The notes beneath the pieces are model-generated. The model saw only the letters and a program-made list of their open reading frames with translations. It ran no database searches and was not told the DNA's origin. Shown one piece after another: positions 49,623-61,680 of a stretch of DNA of 64,000 bases. Location of the stretch: contig JBHGNT010000017.1 of the NCBI GenBank assembly GCA_043228905.1, positions 14,942,001 through 15,006,000 of the forward strand, read 5' to 3'. Origin of the DNA: Azolla caroliniana. Taxonomy: Eukaryota > Plantae > Polypodiophyta. Within the stretch, counting starts at the first letter, position 1; each line of letters begins with the position of its first letter. Position numbers and translations under genes: made by a program.

Positions 49623-52600
49623 CGAATAAAGAAAGAAGGAGAGAAAGAAACACGAACGATATTGACCAAAGAGTTAAATACGTGCTCGATTCTAATGCAA
49701 GAGGACCCTTTATAAAATAGGGTTTTGTTTACAATGGCAACTTATAGTTAACCACAAGCTCAACCAAAACATAAATATTAAATGCCCTTAGAGACAAGGC
49801 AAAACTGAACACGGCGAAGACGAACACACGAGCACCACCAAAATGCCAATCCCAACGAACCACGACCACCCGAACGGCGAGCACACGGGCTCGCAACGAC
49901 GAACGGGGCGGAGCAAAGTCGAACCAACGAAGTGTGAGCTCACGAGCACTTCGAGTGTCGACGCGAATAAGACGAGCACGTGGCAATGGGGGGATGAAGG
50001 GGTAGGAGATGAAGAAAAGTGGTGAATAAGGAGATGAAGAGCTTCGAAGGAAAATTGGCGATAGTCTCCTCCTCCCAAAACGTCCTCCCAAATGAGCCCC
50101 CCTCGACCTCCTTTTATAGGAAAAAAAGAAGGCGGGGGTCGCCAAATTTGTCTTCAATGGAAAAGGAATAAAATTCCTTAACGTTGCACTATAAGACTAG
50201 ATTCAAACCCTGCACCTCTAGCTAGTAGTCAATGTGACTATCCACTAACCCACTAACGCTTTTTTATATAATATATAATTCTATCTCTATAAATTTATAG
50301 CCTGTCTCCCCTCTACCCATTATCTCACCTCTCTCTTACTTTTTGCACGAGCTTCTATACCTCCCTTTTACCCTTTCTTTTCCTTTTTATTTTGCATATG
50401 CACAATTAATCGCTTTTGTGTGCACACACATTGCACATGCACATTTTGTACTCCCTTTTCGCCGGTTTTTCCCACCCTTGAGCACGCCACATCACGACAA
50501 CGGTGTGCCGATTGAAGAAGTCCCTTTACGGAATAAAGCAAGCCCTGCGTGCCTGGAACGAGAAGATCACGCAACAATTGCGTCGAATGGGCTCTGCGAC
50601 GTCAAAATCGAACTTCTCACTATTCATCCAGAAAGGCGACTCGGGCCGATTAGTATTTTACTATATGTTGATGACTTGGTCATCACCGGTGCCGACCTAG
50701 GTGAAATCGACCGCATGAAGCTCCAGCTTGTGGCATCGTTCGACATGAAGGATCTGGGGGATCTTCATTACTTCCTCGGGATCATAGTGATCTGCACCCC
50801 CGAAGGCATACTGATCAGCCAACGTCAATACGCGCTGAATATGCTCTTCAAATTCGGGATGATAGACTATAAGTCCGTCTCGACTCCTCTGGATAGAACC
50901 GTCAAGCTTCGCCCCGAGTCCGGAAAGGTATGCGACCCGACGAGGTTCCAAAAAATTGTCGGAAGCCTTATCTACTTGACAATCACCCGACCCGATCTCA
51001 TTTATCTAGTCGGGGTGATCAGTCAGTTCATGGTGCGACCTATCGAGGAGCACCTTCAATGTGTGCAACACGTATTGTGGTACGTAAGCAGCACTAAGGA
51101 CCGGGGACTGCTATATCGGACTGGTATCGCCTCGCAGTTGGTCGACTACATCGATGTTGATTGGGCTGACAATGTCGTTGATCGCTGATCCACGTCCAGA
51201 TACGGGTTCTCTCTTGGGAGTGACGCGATAGCATGGAGCAGTAAGAAGCAGCCGACAGTTGCACTGTCGAGCACCGAAGCTGTAAGAAGCAGCCGACAGT
51301 TGCACTGTCGAGCACCGAAGCTGAGTACCGAGGAGCGGCTGTTGCAACATGCGAAGCCATATGGTTGAAGCGGCTACTTAAGGATCTGCAAGAGGAGGTG
51401 TCCGATCCAACGACAATCTATTGCGACAACCTCAGCAGCATCCAGCTCGCGAAGAACCCCGTTTTCCACGCCCGGACTAAGCACATTGAGGTGCACTACC
51501 ATTTCGTCCGTGAGCGTGTTCTCTCCGGTGACGTTGAACTTCAGTATGTTCCGACGGATCGGCAGACCGCCGATATTTTCACCAAGCCTCTTGGCCTGGA
51601 CAAGTTGCGGCAATTCTCGGGTGCGCTTGGGTTGCGTCATCTCGACGTGCCGAACTTGAGGGGTAGAGATGTCCCGAATGACCACATAAGGGGGAGAGAA
51701 GACCGTGACGCCGAGTCGGATGACGAATTCGACTTCGAATCGGCTGAAGAAGCCGAGGGCGGATCCGTAGAAGAGTCTGAAAGCGGACATAAGGGGAGCA
51801 GCCTGAAGAAAGAGCCAAAGCCAACCAAGCATGGGGGAGATGACGTCGTCAAGGGCGAGAAGACCGAAGACGAGTTGGAGACAGCCAACTCGGACGAGAG
51901 CGAAAACCGATCGGAGGTAGCCGAGTCAGTTCAGATGTTTGATTCGGATACAATGAATCAACCGAGGGCCAAGCGGAAAAGAAGGCAGCAGAAGAAGCGT
52001 CAACACCACGACAGCAAGGGAGCTATGAAGGGCCGTGGGAGCAGACAAGCCGACCGGAAGGGTCGAAGCGCGCAGAGTCGAACAGGCCGAGGAGCGCAAG
52101 CCAGGAGTGGAGCCAGGAGGAACCAAAGTGGTGATCTGGAAGATTCCGAAGAGCCTCAAGTTGAGCTTGAGGGGGAGTGTTGAGAGACAAGCTCAACATC
52201 GGCCGGATCAGCTGAGCAAGCCGAGGACCAGATCAGTTGCGACCGATCGGTTAGGCCGAACCAGTGCGTAAAACGGATGCGTAAACTGGTACGCAAATCA
52301 ATGCATGACGAAAGGTCGTATCGGTGTGTAAACCAAAAGGCCGTTAGAGAGATATTCCTCGTAAAGGAATAATTTTGGGAGTGAGTGTCGAGGCTCATTT
52401 ATGAGCAGTCAAGTATTGTCAGTACTTGTGTCAGCCCATTGTCAGGGCTTGTATAAAAGGTGCTCACTGAGCACGATGTATGTACAGATCGAGTATTATT
52501 TTTTGAATTAAGTTCTTGTGATTACTCTCTCTCTGTCTCTCCCGTGCCTATTGTGCAAACCTAAGCTTTCCATTAAACCTGCGTTTTCTGTTGTTCAGCT

Positions 52601-52959
52601 TTCCTATATTGCTTCCGCATGCCATTCTTTTCATCAAGGTTAAGTGCTAATTAGACAAACCCTAATCATTCCTCTTTTTTTGTATATATTGTGCCACATT
52701 CTTAATCAATCATGGTGTGGTGAGTGTTGTCATAAATAATATTTACTTTCAAATGTGTTATACATATTTAACACTCAAGCATTTGTTAAGCTTAAGTTAA
52801 CTTCTTTATTAGGGATTTTTGTAGTGAGGTGACCGTGAAAGTTCATGAGATTAGGCTAGACATTATTAGTGGGTCAAGGACAATTGACAATGGACCTTGC
52901 CCAATTCGCCACCATTATGGTATACAACAATCTAAACCCCTCACCAACAAATCCGATGA

Positions 52960-53600
52960 GGTGAGAGAACCCCTCGCAGAACACAAATGCGACCTTGGTT
53001 AAAGACATCTCGGGGCGACGCATCTATTTTGGCTCTATTGACGAGGAATCAAAGTTTTGAGTTGAGGATCATGTATGGCTATCGCGGCATAATGTGAAGG
53101 CCACTAGGCCTTGTAACAAGTTATATTATCAATGGATCCATTTGTTGTTTCTTATCAAATCAATTATAATTGCACATTTTATTCTAATCTCCATCCACAA
53201 TCGGATCAAGATGGTGATAATTTAACTTGTAATATGGCTTAGTGGTCATTGCATTCCACTATTCCATGTGTTGTTGTTGCGACCCATATACTTCTAGTCC
53301 ATTCCAAATCAAGTTGTTCTACCCCTACCTCAAGTTCAACTTGTTGATGGCCCAAAGTTCGAAGGAAAGGTTGTTTTGGACTCGAAGAAAGTGTATAACA
53401 ATTTATACTACATTGTGGATTAGATAGTCTATATGTTTAACGATGGAACTTGAGAGTTTCTTAAGAATCTCAGTAATGCTTGATATCTTGTAACAAATGC
53501 CCAAAAGCTTAGTGGCAACCATGCATGTTTGCTAAGAGGCAACCATGTATAAGACAATGGTGCATTGTTTAGAGAAGGCATTGTGTTATAAAGATTTTGA
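52960..53600 (+). mobile_element. Decayed chromoviral gypsy integrase C-terminus and chromodomain (Tcn1-like)
   Basis: Manual translation gives DHVWLSRHNVKATRPCNKL (about 53067-53125) and VVLDSKKVYNNLYYIVD...KNLSNA (about 53369-53480). Confidence 0.6.
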
Positions 53601-56600
53601 TTCAGATCTAGGTTTGATGCATTATTGTAAATCTTGTCCTTGTTCATGATAAAAATTCCTTTTTTCCTTCTTTTTCTTACTTTTGTTTTTATTCAATGTT
53701 GTTTTTTGGTTAGACCTATCGTAGCTATAATATAAGAGCTAATATAGTATTGCGTGCTCATTCACAACAAGAGTACCACTTATTAGTAATTTTGGAGAAT
53801 ATCCTTACGAAGATAGTAGAATAGCTCTTCTAGATTGCAATCACGAGCTCAATTTCACACTTTGGGCATATTGTACAACATATAGAACCTACATAAATGC
53901 AATGTCTTTTCAACCAACCCATTGGTTACATGTAATGACTAAGATTTTATACTAGGTGTTAGAGTAAATGGTTGAGGATAACTCACTTGGAGAAGGAAAG
54001 TGGCATTACTACTAGTGGGTGAGCTTGCATGTGTAGTATGGCCAACCTAGAGATGCTCTACAAATGAAGGCATTTGTAGATCGGCATGGACGTCCAATAT
54101 GAGGCTATAGTGTAGGGGCAAATAAAAAAAGAACTAACAAATGTATTTTGTTTAAGGCCATATTATAGAATCATGGAAAGCTAATATGTTTGCATAGGAT
54201 GAAGACTCCAAAGAACCAAAGGACAACAAGAAGGAGAATGGTATGCTATAAGAAGAATTGTACTGGTTATACATGTGGAAAAAAAAGAAATACAACTATC
54301 CTTATTATAGGGGAATACTACTGTTTGAAAGAACTTAAACTACATGATAACCAAGTGACATTAGGGAAGGTGTATAAGAACTATTGTTTATATTGACAAA
54401 CTATGCCAGTAAAAGACTATTGTAGATACATGATGATCTAGTCCAAAAGATGCAATGGAGTGTAGCTGAAATCAGTCAAATTGATTAAATTTGACTTTTT
54501 GAAGCCGTAGGAAGAAAACCAAGAAATCGACTTGAAAAGTGTATGAAAGGAATTGGTAAATGCAGCAAAGATATTGAAGCCAACGAATAATAAATCATAT
54601 ATAATATCATTGGAAAAGATGTTCGAAACTTTTGTATACTAAAATGTAATGTAAACTTGTTGTTGGCATTTATTTAATGATATATCATAACCACTTCTAG
54701 ATAAGAAAAGTTGTGCTTTGCACAATATATGTAACTTGTTTACCTACAATAGTGCAAGTGCTAGTAGATATTCGCAATGCTACATTGTATCTGATGTGCT
54801 AAGCAAATGAGAGTTTCAAATACCCATATATAAAGTTTGACATGTGGATTGTCAACATCGCATTCAGAAATGTTTTCTTTTCCGTGGATGGCAAGTTAAT
54901 ATCTTTGTGGAATAACTTTAAATTTCCGCGTCATAGAGTTGCTTTAAAGTGTTGCCTTTTTAGGTCTGGTGAGAGAGAGAGAGAGAGACTCCCATAGATG
55001 ATTGATTTTGAGGGTAAAATATCTAAACCCAAGTATCTTAAGAATGTAGGTTATCATGAAACTTGACGATGGTGGAGGCTAGATATATAAAATCTCACTT
55101 AGGATATTTTTGCATACATTTTGCACAATGTGTACAAGTATGAGCACTGCATATGCTTTTTGTCTCTGATGTTAAGTAAATTTCTTCTCATATGGGATCC
55201 CTCAAAATGTGTCTATAAATCTTTTGCAATTCCCACATACGGTAGGATTACTCGAGAACTATATAGCCCATTACAAATATATTATTTACAAAACTACGAA
55301 ATACCCTAAAAACAAATGTGGATTTTCAAACTTCATGGCGAAGTTTGGCATGCCGTGGTCTTCGCCATAAGAATTAGAGTCTCATCGACGTGGCATTTAC
55401 GCATTTTACTCTCACTAGAGAACTTTACGACATATGTTGGTAAAGCAAATGACATATTGATGGTGATGATAATCAATGATGTTCTTCGTCCGCTGACATG
55501 GATGATAGATATGACATCAAATCTTAAAAAAGCACCCACTTGGATAGAGGAAATGTAAAGGTGTGCCTTTTCAAGTCATAGGAAACACCAAGGTGATGCG
55601 GCTTGACATGTGTCCATGAGAGAAACACAAGCAAGATTGCGTATAGTGGTAACATACAATGGTACATGATGCAAGTTATTTCTAAGAAATAAAGTACTTT
55701 TAATCCTCGTGCAAGTGGATCCACACATTATGTTATTACACATTCATGCTTATGGCTCGATGAGTTCCTCGTTCGATGCATATGACCACGACTTTAGCTT
55801 AGAATTTATTTAAATTAAGGTGCAACATGGGAGCCTGCATAATAGTGAAGCTTTTTAGGTGAGCATTAACTAAACTATTGTGCCATACACAACCCCTTGT
55901 CCTTTACACACTACACACATAGAGAGTGTGTTCACCAACTCCCATTACAAAAGGGCGGTCCATATTTTCAATGCTTCATAGTAAATAATGATAAAGTATA
56001 TGTCCAAAGAGATGCGCCTTGAATTTCTATGGATAATACCGAAAATTTCGTAAAAATATACCAAGACATGTTAGTGCATTCAGATGCACATGTATGCGCA
56101 TGATAGTGATATGTGGTTCGTATATTAATGTTCTTTTGAGAACAAAAAGTGCATGCGCATGGCACAAAGAATAGGCTTCCATATGTTGTCAAATATACAA
56201 GCAGGATCACCTGTTCAAAAAGATCGTGACAAATCCATTAGATATGATAATTACCATGAAACAAAATAAAAAAATGTGATGGTGTAGTGGTAAAGCTTGA
56301 TGTTCTCTTTTATAACCTTAAGGGTGTTGCACATCAAAGTCTAAAGCAATAGGTTATGTTACCTTCATTGTATTCGTATTTCCACTTCGCTAATGTATTT
56401 CTCCTAACTATGCCTCTAGATCCTCACTTTCAAGTACCCAAGGGTTGACAAAGATAGTGTTACCTTATCGAAGGAAAGGTAATATGTAAAGAACAATAGT
56501 AATGGATCGAAAACATGATGAAGTAATATATATAAATTATAATGTATGGAGGACCAAATACGATCTATGGGACAGGAAAGAGATGAGACGACGATATTAT

Positions 56601-58920
56601 TGATAGAGCAAATTTCGTGGAGCATATTATTGATGACACTTTGAAGTATGGGTGGAGCAGATTTGAAGAGACATTGCTTGCTTTCATGGAGATTTGAGTC
56701 TGTAAAACACGTTTCACATGTTTTACACATTACATTGTCAAGTATAGGGTTATAATCCCAAGCAAGAGTAGCACTTGATTAATGAGACATTTTTTGCACC
56801 CTTGAGCTCCACCTCAATGAATTTAGTGATGACCTATTAATCTCAATGTGATATTCTTATATCACTTCTAGGTTGACTGATGAATGGCATGTTCTCATGA
56901 GTTATACACCGACTCACAACCCAACAATGGAACCACAATATCACATTGATTGAACTTCGAGCACAAACTAACAATTTGCACGTCCACAAAAACGTACTTT
57001 AATCCTATATTCTATCGAGAAGGTGTTGTTTCTTAAGTATACTTGCATTAAGTAATCAAAATCGTCAATGCATCCAAACCTTCAAAAAAGATAGTTGATT
57101 GCGAGATAAGATGACATGGATCTAGATTTTACGCAATGCGAATTAGAATAAAAAAGGGGCCATAAAGAAAGGTAGGTTGCTTCTTAAAAGAATGACAAAT
57201 TAAACTACATAGGGACACCCTACTTCTCGGGAGATTTCACTTTGAATCTATTGTTAATTCATGTCACCTATATGAGCTAAGGTGCGTTTTCCCTTAGACC
57301 CGAAGTTATGAGCTTGATCTATTTACATACTTATCTACAAATGTTTCTTTTCATTTAATAACATTTAGCGCTCCGTATCCATCGAACTAAGTTACTAACC
57401 CATGTATGTTTCCTTTTGTACAACTTTGTGATGTTGTTAGCTTCAATTTGAATGTTGATATTGACAACATAATAGAATACAAAGTCTCAAGATAATGCTG
57501 ACGAAGAGGCACATGAGTAATAATAATACTCGCACACAAGTAAAGTGTCCCACTCCAACCCCCAAATTCCCTTACATCTAACTTGGTCATATATTTAGCA
57601 CTGAACCATGGGCCCTCAAAAGGAAGGGTACAGAAGTAATAAAATACTTTGTGCACATGTAAAGTGTCCAACACGATTGGCAATGCCCTTACATCTAACT
57701 TGGGTCATATTTATCCATGGGTCCATGGGTCATTCGATGATTGGTGTGTTTGTAATCATTGATTGGAGGTATGGGTAAAGGCTTCCAAGGGCAAACATCC
57801 AACAATTGTTGTCACTCAAGGGGATCCACGGGAAGGAAGATATGTGGTCCCAGGTACAAGGCCCCTGTACCATTAGCCTCTGGTGCATTCATAGGCTTTC
57901 CATCAACTAAGGTCGAATGCCATAGGCTTTTCGGGTTTGTATGTGGACCCGGATTGGATGTATGATATGAGGATTTGGTCAAATTCCATGCTTTTGTGTG
58001 TTTGGCTCAGAAGAATACAAATGGAGTGAGCGAGAGACATGACGACGATGACATTGGATTGTGCTGATAAAGCTCTCACTGCTCTTTATGAAATACCAGG
58101 GTCCGAAGAGAATTCCTACTAGAGGCCGGGGCTTAAATTGACAAGAGCATTAGCCGAACACGAAACGGAACGAACAAGGCCGAAAAAGAGAATGCCATGA
58201 GGAGACCTTTTTCCCTGATGGCAGCATCGATGATTAGGGTTTACGGTTTAGGGTTAGGGTTTAGGGTCATGGATACCTATCAATGAGAGTGAGAATCGCA
58301 AGCAAGTGGGGGACATATGTGTGGATGGGGATGAACTCCACCCACAAAAAGTCTATGAGAAGAAATGAATTGAGAGAAAGAGACAGACAGACAGACAGAC
58401 AGAGAGAGTGGATGGGGGGACCCAATCTAGAAATAATCATTAGTTCCTGAGAATTATAAAAATAGTCCCCCCCCCCCCTCCCTCCCAATTCTCTAGAAAT
58501 CAAAAGGATCGGATAAGGATATTGATGATGACGAAGATAAACATAAAAACAAATAGGTAGAATAAGAATTAAATACATCAAAATAGAAAATGGAAAAAGA
58601 AAATATAAACAAAGATAGAATAGGAATAGAAATAAAAAAATGAATATAAAAATGCAAGAAAAAGAAAAGAAAAGAAAAGGAAATGGAAATGGAAAGAAAT
58701 GCAAATAAAAAAAGAGGCTTTGCATTAAACAAAAAGCAAAATACATAACGGAATGAAAATGTTAAAATAAAATTATAAATAAGGCTAAAAAAACAATTAA
58801 AAAAGAAATAAATGACAAAAAAGGAGATGAATTAACGTAAAAATGAAAAAGAGAAAAACAATAAAAATAAATGTACGAGTTTTAAAAAAAAGAAAAGAAA
58901 AAACAAAACATAAATATCTT

Positions 58921-59010
58921 TTTGGCGCCAAGTTCACGTGGAGAGGTAATCCGTCACGTGGCGCGAAATGGACACGGGCAATGAGAAAGCGCCACGTGGA
59001 AGGGTGGGCC
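58921..59010 (+). promoter_or_regulatory. Cis-element island: three G-box/ABRE cores, two E2F-like sites and a site II motif
   Basis: CACGTG at 58935, 58955 and 58993; TTTGGCGC at 58921; GGCGCGAAA at 58960; TGGGCC at 59005. Confidence 0.65.
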
Positions 59011-59398
59011 CCCCCCTCGGACCATTTGTTTCCTCATCTCTAAATTAAATGCCTTTGCTGCAGATAATAAAAGAAAAAATTGGAAAAAAGAAAAAAATTG
59101 AAAAATGAAAAATGAAAAATGAAAAAGAAAAGGAGGAAAAAAAAAGGAGAAAAAAGAAAAAGAGAAAAAAGAAAAAAGGAAAAAAAAAGAAAAGGAAAAA
59201 AAAGAAAAAGAGAAAAAAAAGAAGAAAGAAGAAAGGAAAGAAAGGAAAGAAAAAAAAAAGGAGAAACTTGAAAAATGGGAGAATTTTGGAAAATGAAAAA
59301 CAAAACGGAAAAAGTAGAGAAAGAAGAAGAAGAAGGGAAAAAAACAGATATTAAATTTTGTGGTTTCACACTTGTCCGGCCAAAGGGCTGGCCGCCCG

Positions 59399-59406
59399 TA
59401 TATAAA
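59399..59406 (+). promoter_or_regulatory. TATA box of the TZF gene
   Basis: TATATAAA followed by a CT-rich 5' UTR-like region leading to ATG 59692. Confidence 0.7.
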
Positions 59407-59691
59407 CGCCCACCCAACGCCTCTTCTTCTTCTTGACACCACTACCGCCACCACCGCTTCTCCTCCTCTGTTCTGTTCTGCTCTGCTCTGCTTCTTCTCC
59501 TTATCTCTGCAGCTTCCATGGCTTCTCTCACTCTTCTCTACTACTACTGATCATACCCCCGCCTTCTTCTTCTTCTTCATATCTGTCTCCTTCCTTCCTT
59601 CCTTCTCTGTAACCTCCCGCTGGTGCGCTCTGTTAATCTCTCTCTCTGCTACATTCCTTGCTGTTTCTTTTGAGCTCCTTTACCTGCTGCC

Positions 59692-61680
59692 ATGCCTGGA
59701 ATCCTCGTCGATTCTTCCCCTTTCCCCTTCGATTACTCCGCTTCTGCTGCTCCGCCATTCTTCCTCCACCCCACCTGCTCCGCCTCTGACATTCCTCCCA
59801 ATCCTTCCTTGATCCCCCGCCATGGACGTAGCAGTAGCCACTTCTCTCTGCCCTACCACCATTCCTCCTTGTCCAGCTTCAATGGCGACCTCGCTGGCGC
59901 AGATCGGAATCTCGGCGACGGCAGCCTTCTTCACCATCCCCATCCCCATCATCGCATGAGTAATCTCGGGCTGAACAGCGTCTCGGAAGCGTGCAATCCT
60001 CACGACGCCTGTGTCGGCGACGATCAGAGCCCGAGTAGCTTCAGCTATGGCAGCAGCTCCATGTTCGCTGGGGGGGATGCCATCATGTACTCTGATTCGC
60101 ACTACGGAGAAGGAGACGGCGCCATGTCTGATTCTCCGACGGCGGCGGCATCGAGCCGAGCTCTGTGGGCGAGCGAAATGGCGTCTCTGCAGAGGTTCCT
60201 GCCATCGAATCGAGAAGCAGACAAAGAAATGATGGAAGAGGAGGAGGATTGGGGCTACTACGCAGAGCACGCAGGGGACGCCATATCGCCGAGATCTGTG
60301 ACTGCATCTTCATCACCATCGCCATCTTCATCGCCATCGCCATATCTGGCTATGGCGGATACCTACACCTGCGACGATTTCAGGATGTATGAGTTCAAGG
60401 TGAGGAAATGCGTGAGGGGGAGGAGCCATGACTGGACGGAGTGCCCATTCGCTCACCCAGGAGAGAAGGCGAGGCGCAGAGATCCTCGGAAGTTCCATTA
60501 CTCAGGCTCTGCGTGCCCAGACTTCAGGAAAGGCCTGTGCAGGCGAGGAGATGCCTGCGAGTTCTCCCATGGCGTCTTCGAGTGCTGGCTCCACCCTGCA
60601 AGGTATCGCACCCAGCCATGTAAAGATGGAAGGTCCTGCACTCGCAAGATCTGCTTCTTCGCCCACACTGTCCAACAGCTCCGCCTCCTTCCTTCCCCCG
60701 CCATAGCCACCACTCCTCCTTCATCTTCTTCATCTTCTGCTTCATCTGCTTCTTCTAGCCCCACAGATCCCACCTCTGCTAATCCTGCTTCTTCTTCTTC
60801 TTCTTCTGCCGATGATGGACCAAACCCTAGCTTTTCCTCCCCCCTGTCTCGCCCCCCCATCCGTCTCCTCCTGCAGAAGCTTATTGATCACAGCCCCTGC
60901 CATAGCTCTACCCCTACGTCTACCCTCTCGCCTCCCCTCTCCCCTTCTTCTTCCTCTGCCTCGCCCCCCATGTCCCCTGATACCTCCATCTTCTTGGCCA
61001 ATCCTCGTAGCTTCTACTCCCTCCTGCAGAATCACAGCTCGCCTTCCAGCCCCCTCTCTGCAGTCTCTCCACAGACCTATCATACTTCCTCTGCCTATGA
61101 TTCCTGCCCTAACCCTATTCCTGCGCACAACCGAATCCATTTGAATCGCCTGCAATCTCTCCCAACCCTAACTGTCCCTCGTACTGCTCCTTCTGATCCG
61201 CTCACTGAAGCTACTCTCAGTCTCGATCTTGATTATCATCACACCGCCAATTCTCCTGTCAGTGCGAAGCATTTCTCTGCTTCATCTCCATCTCTGCAGA
61301 ACACTAGCGATCTTGTGAATTACCTGCAAAACCTGCAGCTGAGGAGCCGAGCCATATCTGAAGTTCAGAGGATGAATAACAGCCTGCCATCAAGCCCTAT
61401 GATGCGGAAATCTGAGTATTCTTCTGCACAGAGATTGGGTAACAGTAATGGTTCTGTATCCCAAGGCGGCTTCTTCTGCAATAGTAGCTCGCATCCGGGA
61501 GCTTCTTCTGCCATAGCTTACATGCGTCAAGCAGAGACAGATTCCGTGCTAAATAACGTGGGCGGGGTACAGTCAGGTCGAGATTTCAGGGCTGATTTCT
61601 ATGGCAAGATTGGGAAAGAGAATGGAGTCGGGAATGAAGAAGATCCTGATCTCGGATGGGTGAGCGAGCTCATCTCGTAA
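59692..61680 (+). CDS. TZF: Plant RR-TZF tandem CCCH zinc-finger RNA-binding protein (non-ankyrin type), intronless, 662 aa
   Basis: [11 protein letters not shown]...[23 protein letters not shown] region; C-x7-C-x5-C-x3-H and C-x5-C-x4-C-x3-H fingers; C-terminal [10 protein letters not shown] motif. Confidence 0.96.
   Translation: MPGILVDSSPFPFDYSASAAPPFFLHPTCSASDIPPNPSLIPRHGRSSSHFSLPYHHSSLSSFNGDLAGADRNLGDGSLLHHPHPHHRMSNLGLNSVSEACNPHDACVGDDQSPSSFSYGSSSMFAGGDAIMYSDSHYGEGDGAMSDSPTAAASSRALWASEMASLQRFLPSNREADKEMMEEEEDWGYYAEHAGDAISPRSVTASSSPSPSSSPSPYLAMADTYTCDDFRMYEFKVRKCVRGRSHDWTECPFAHPGEKARRRDPRKFHYSGSACPDFRKGLCRRGDACEFSHGVFECWLHPARYRTQPCKDGRSCTRKICFFAHTVQQLRLLPSPAIATTPPSSSSSSASSASSSPTDPTSANPASSSSSSADDGPNPSFSSPLSRPPIRLLLQKLIDHSPCHSSTPTSTLSPPLSPSSSSASPPMSPDTSIFLANPRSFYSLLQNHSSPSSPLSAVSPQTYHTSSAYDSCPNPIPAHNRIHLNRLQSLPTLTVPRTAPSDPLTEATLSLDLDYHHTANSPVSAKHFSASSPSLQNTSDLVNYLQNLQLRSRAISEVQRMNNSLPSSPMMRKSEYSSAQRLGNSNGSVSQGGFFCNSSSHPGASSAIAYMRQAETDSVLNNVGGVQSGRDFRADFYGKIGKENGVGNEEDPDLGWVSELIS

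Larger units (their letters stand above)
41190..50499 (-). mobile_element. Full-length Ty3/gypsy retrotransposon F (Trp-primed, 1.78-kb LTRs), defective
   Basis: LTRs at 41190-42970 and 48720-50499; PBS at 48697-48714; PPT at 42971-42985; 4-bp TSD gcgg/acgg; gag-PR 46525-48674 and RT-RH-IN about 43060-46528, homologous to D. Confidence 0.95.
37510..52633 (+). mobile_element. Full-length defective copia I (same family as A), interrupted by gypsy F
   Basis: LTRs at 37510-37931 and 52178-52633; PBS-Met at 37932-37943; PPT at 52160-52177; perfect TSD tcaag; gag-pol pieces 38014-41189 and 50504-52183. Confidence 0.95.
36807..52773 (+). mobile_element. Highly decayed LTR element K: pol-like remnant 36807-37219, PPT, LTR 37220-37509+52639-52773 split by copia I
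   Basis: ttgggggga|tgttaag start and tttaaca end; the copia I TSD lies inside it; superfamily not assignable by eye. Confidence 0.5.

Noticed and set aside
53900-55600. Possible DNA-transposon (CACTA/hAT) remnant
   Set aside because: No convincing motif, terminal inverted repeat or TSD found by eye
56278-56345. tRNA/SINE-like start tggtgtagtggtaaagc
   Set aside because: A-box-like only; no B-box downstream
56880-57110. Possible copia integrase remnant
   Set aside because: Only a faint PQQNG-like resemblance; too decayed to support without tBLASTn
58267-59454. Phe-rich or Lys-rich ORFs (58267-58746, 58954-59454, 59112-59354)
   Set aside because: Translations of low-complexity A/G tracts in the promoter
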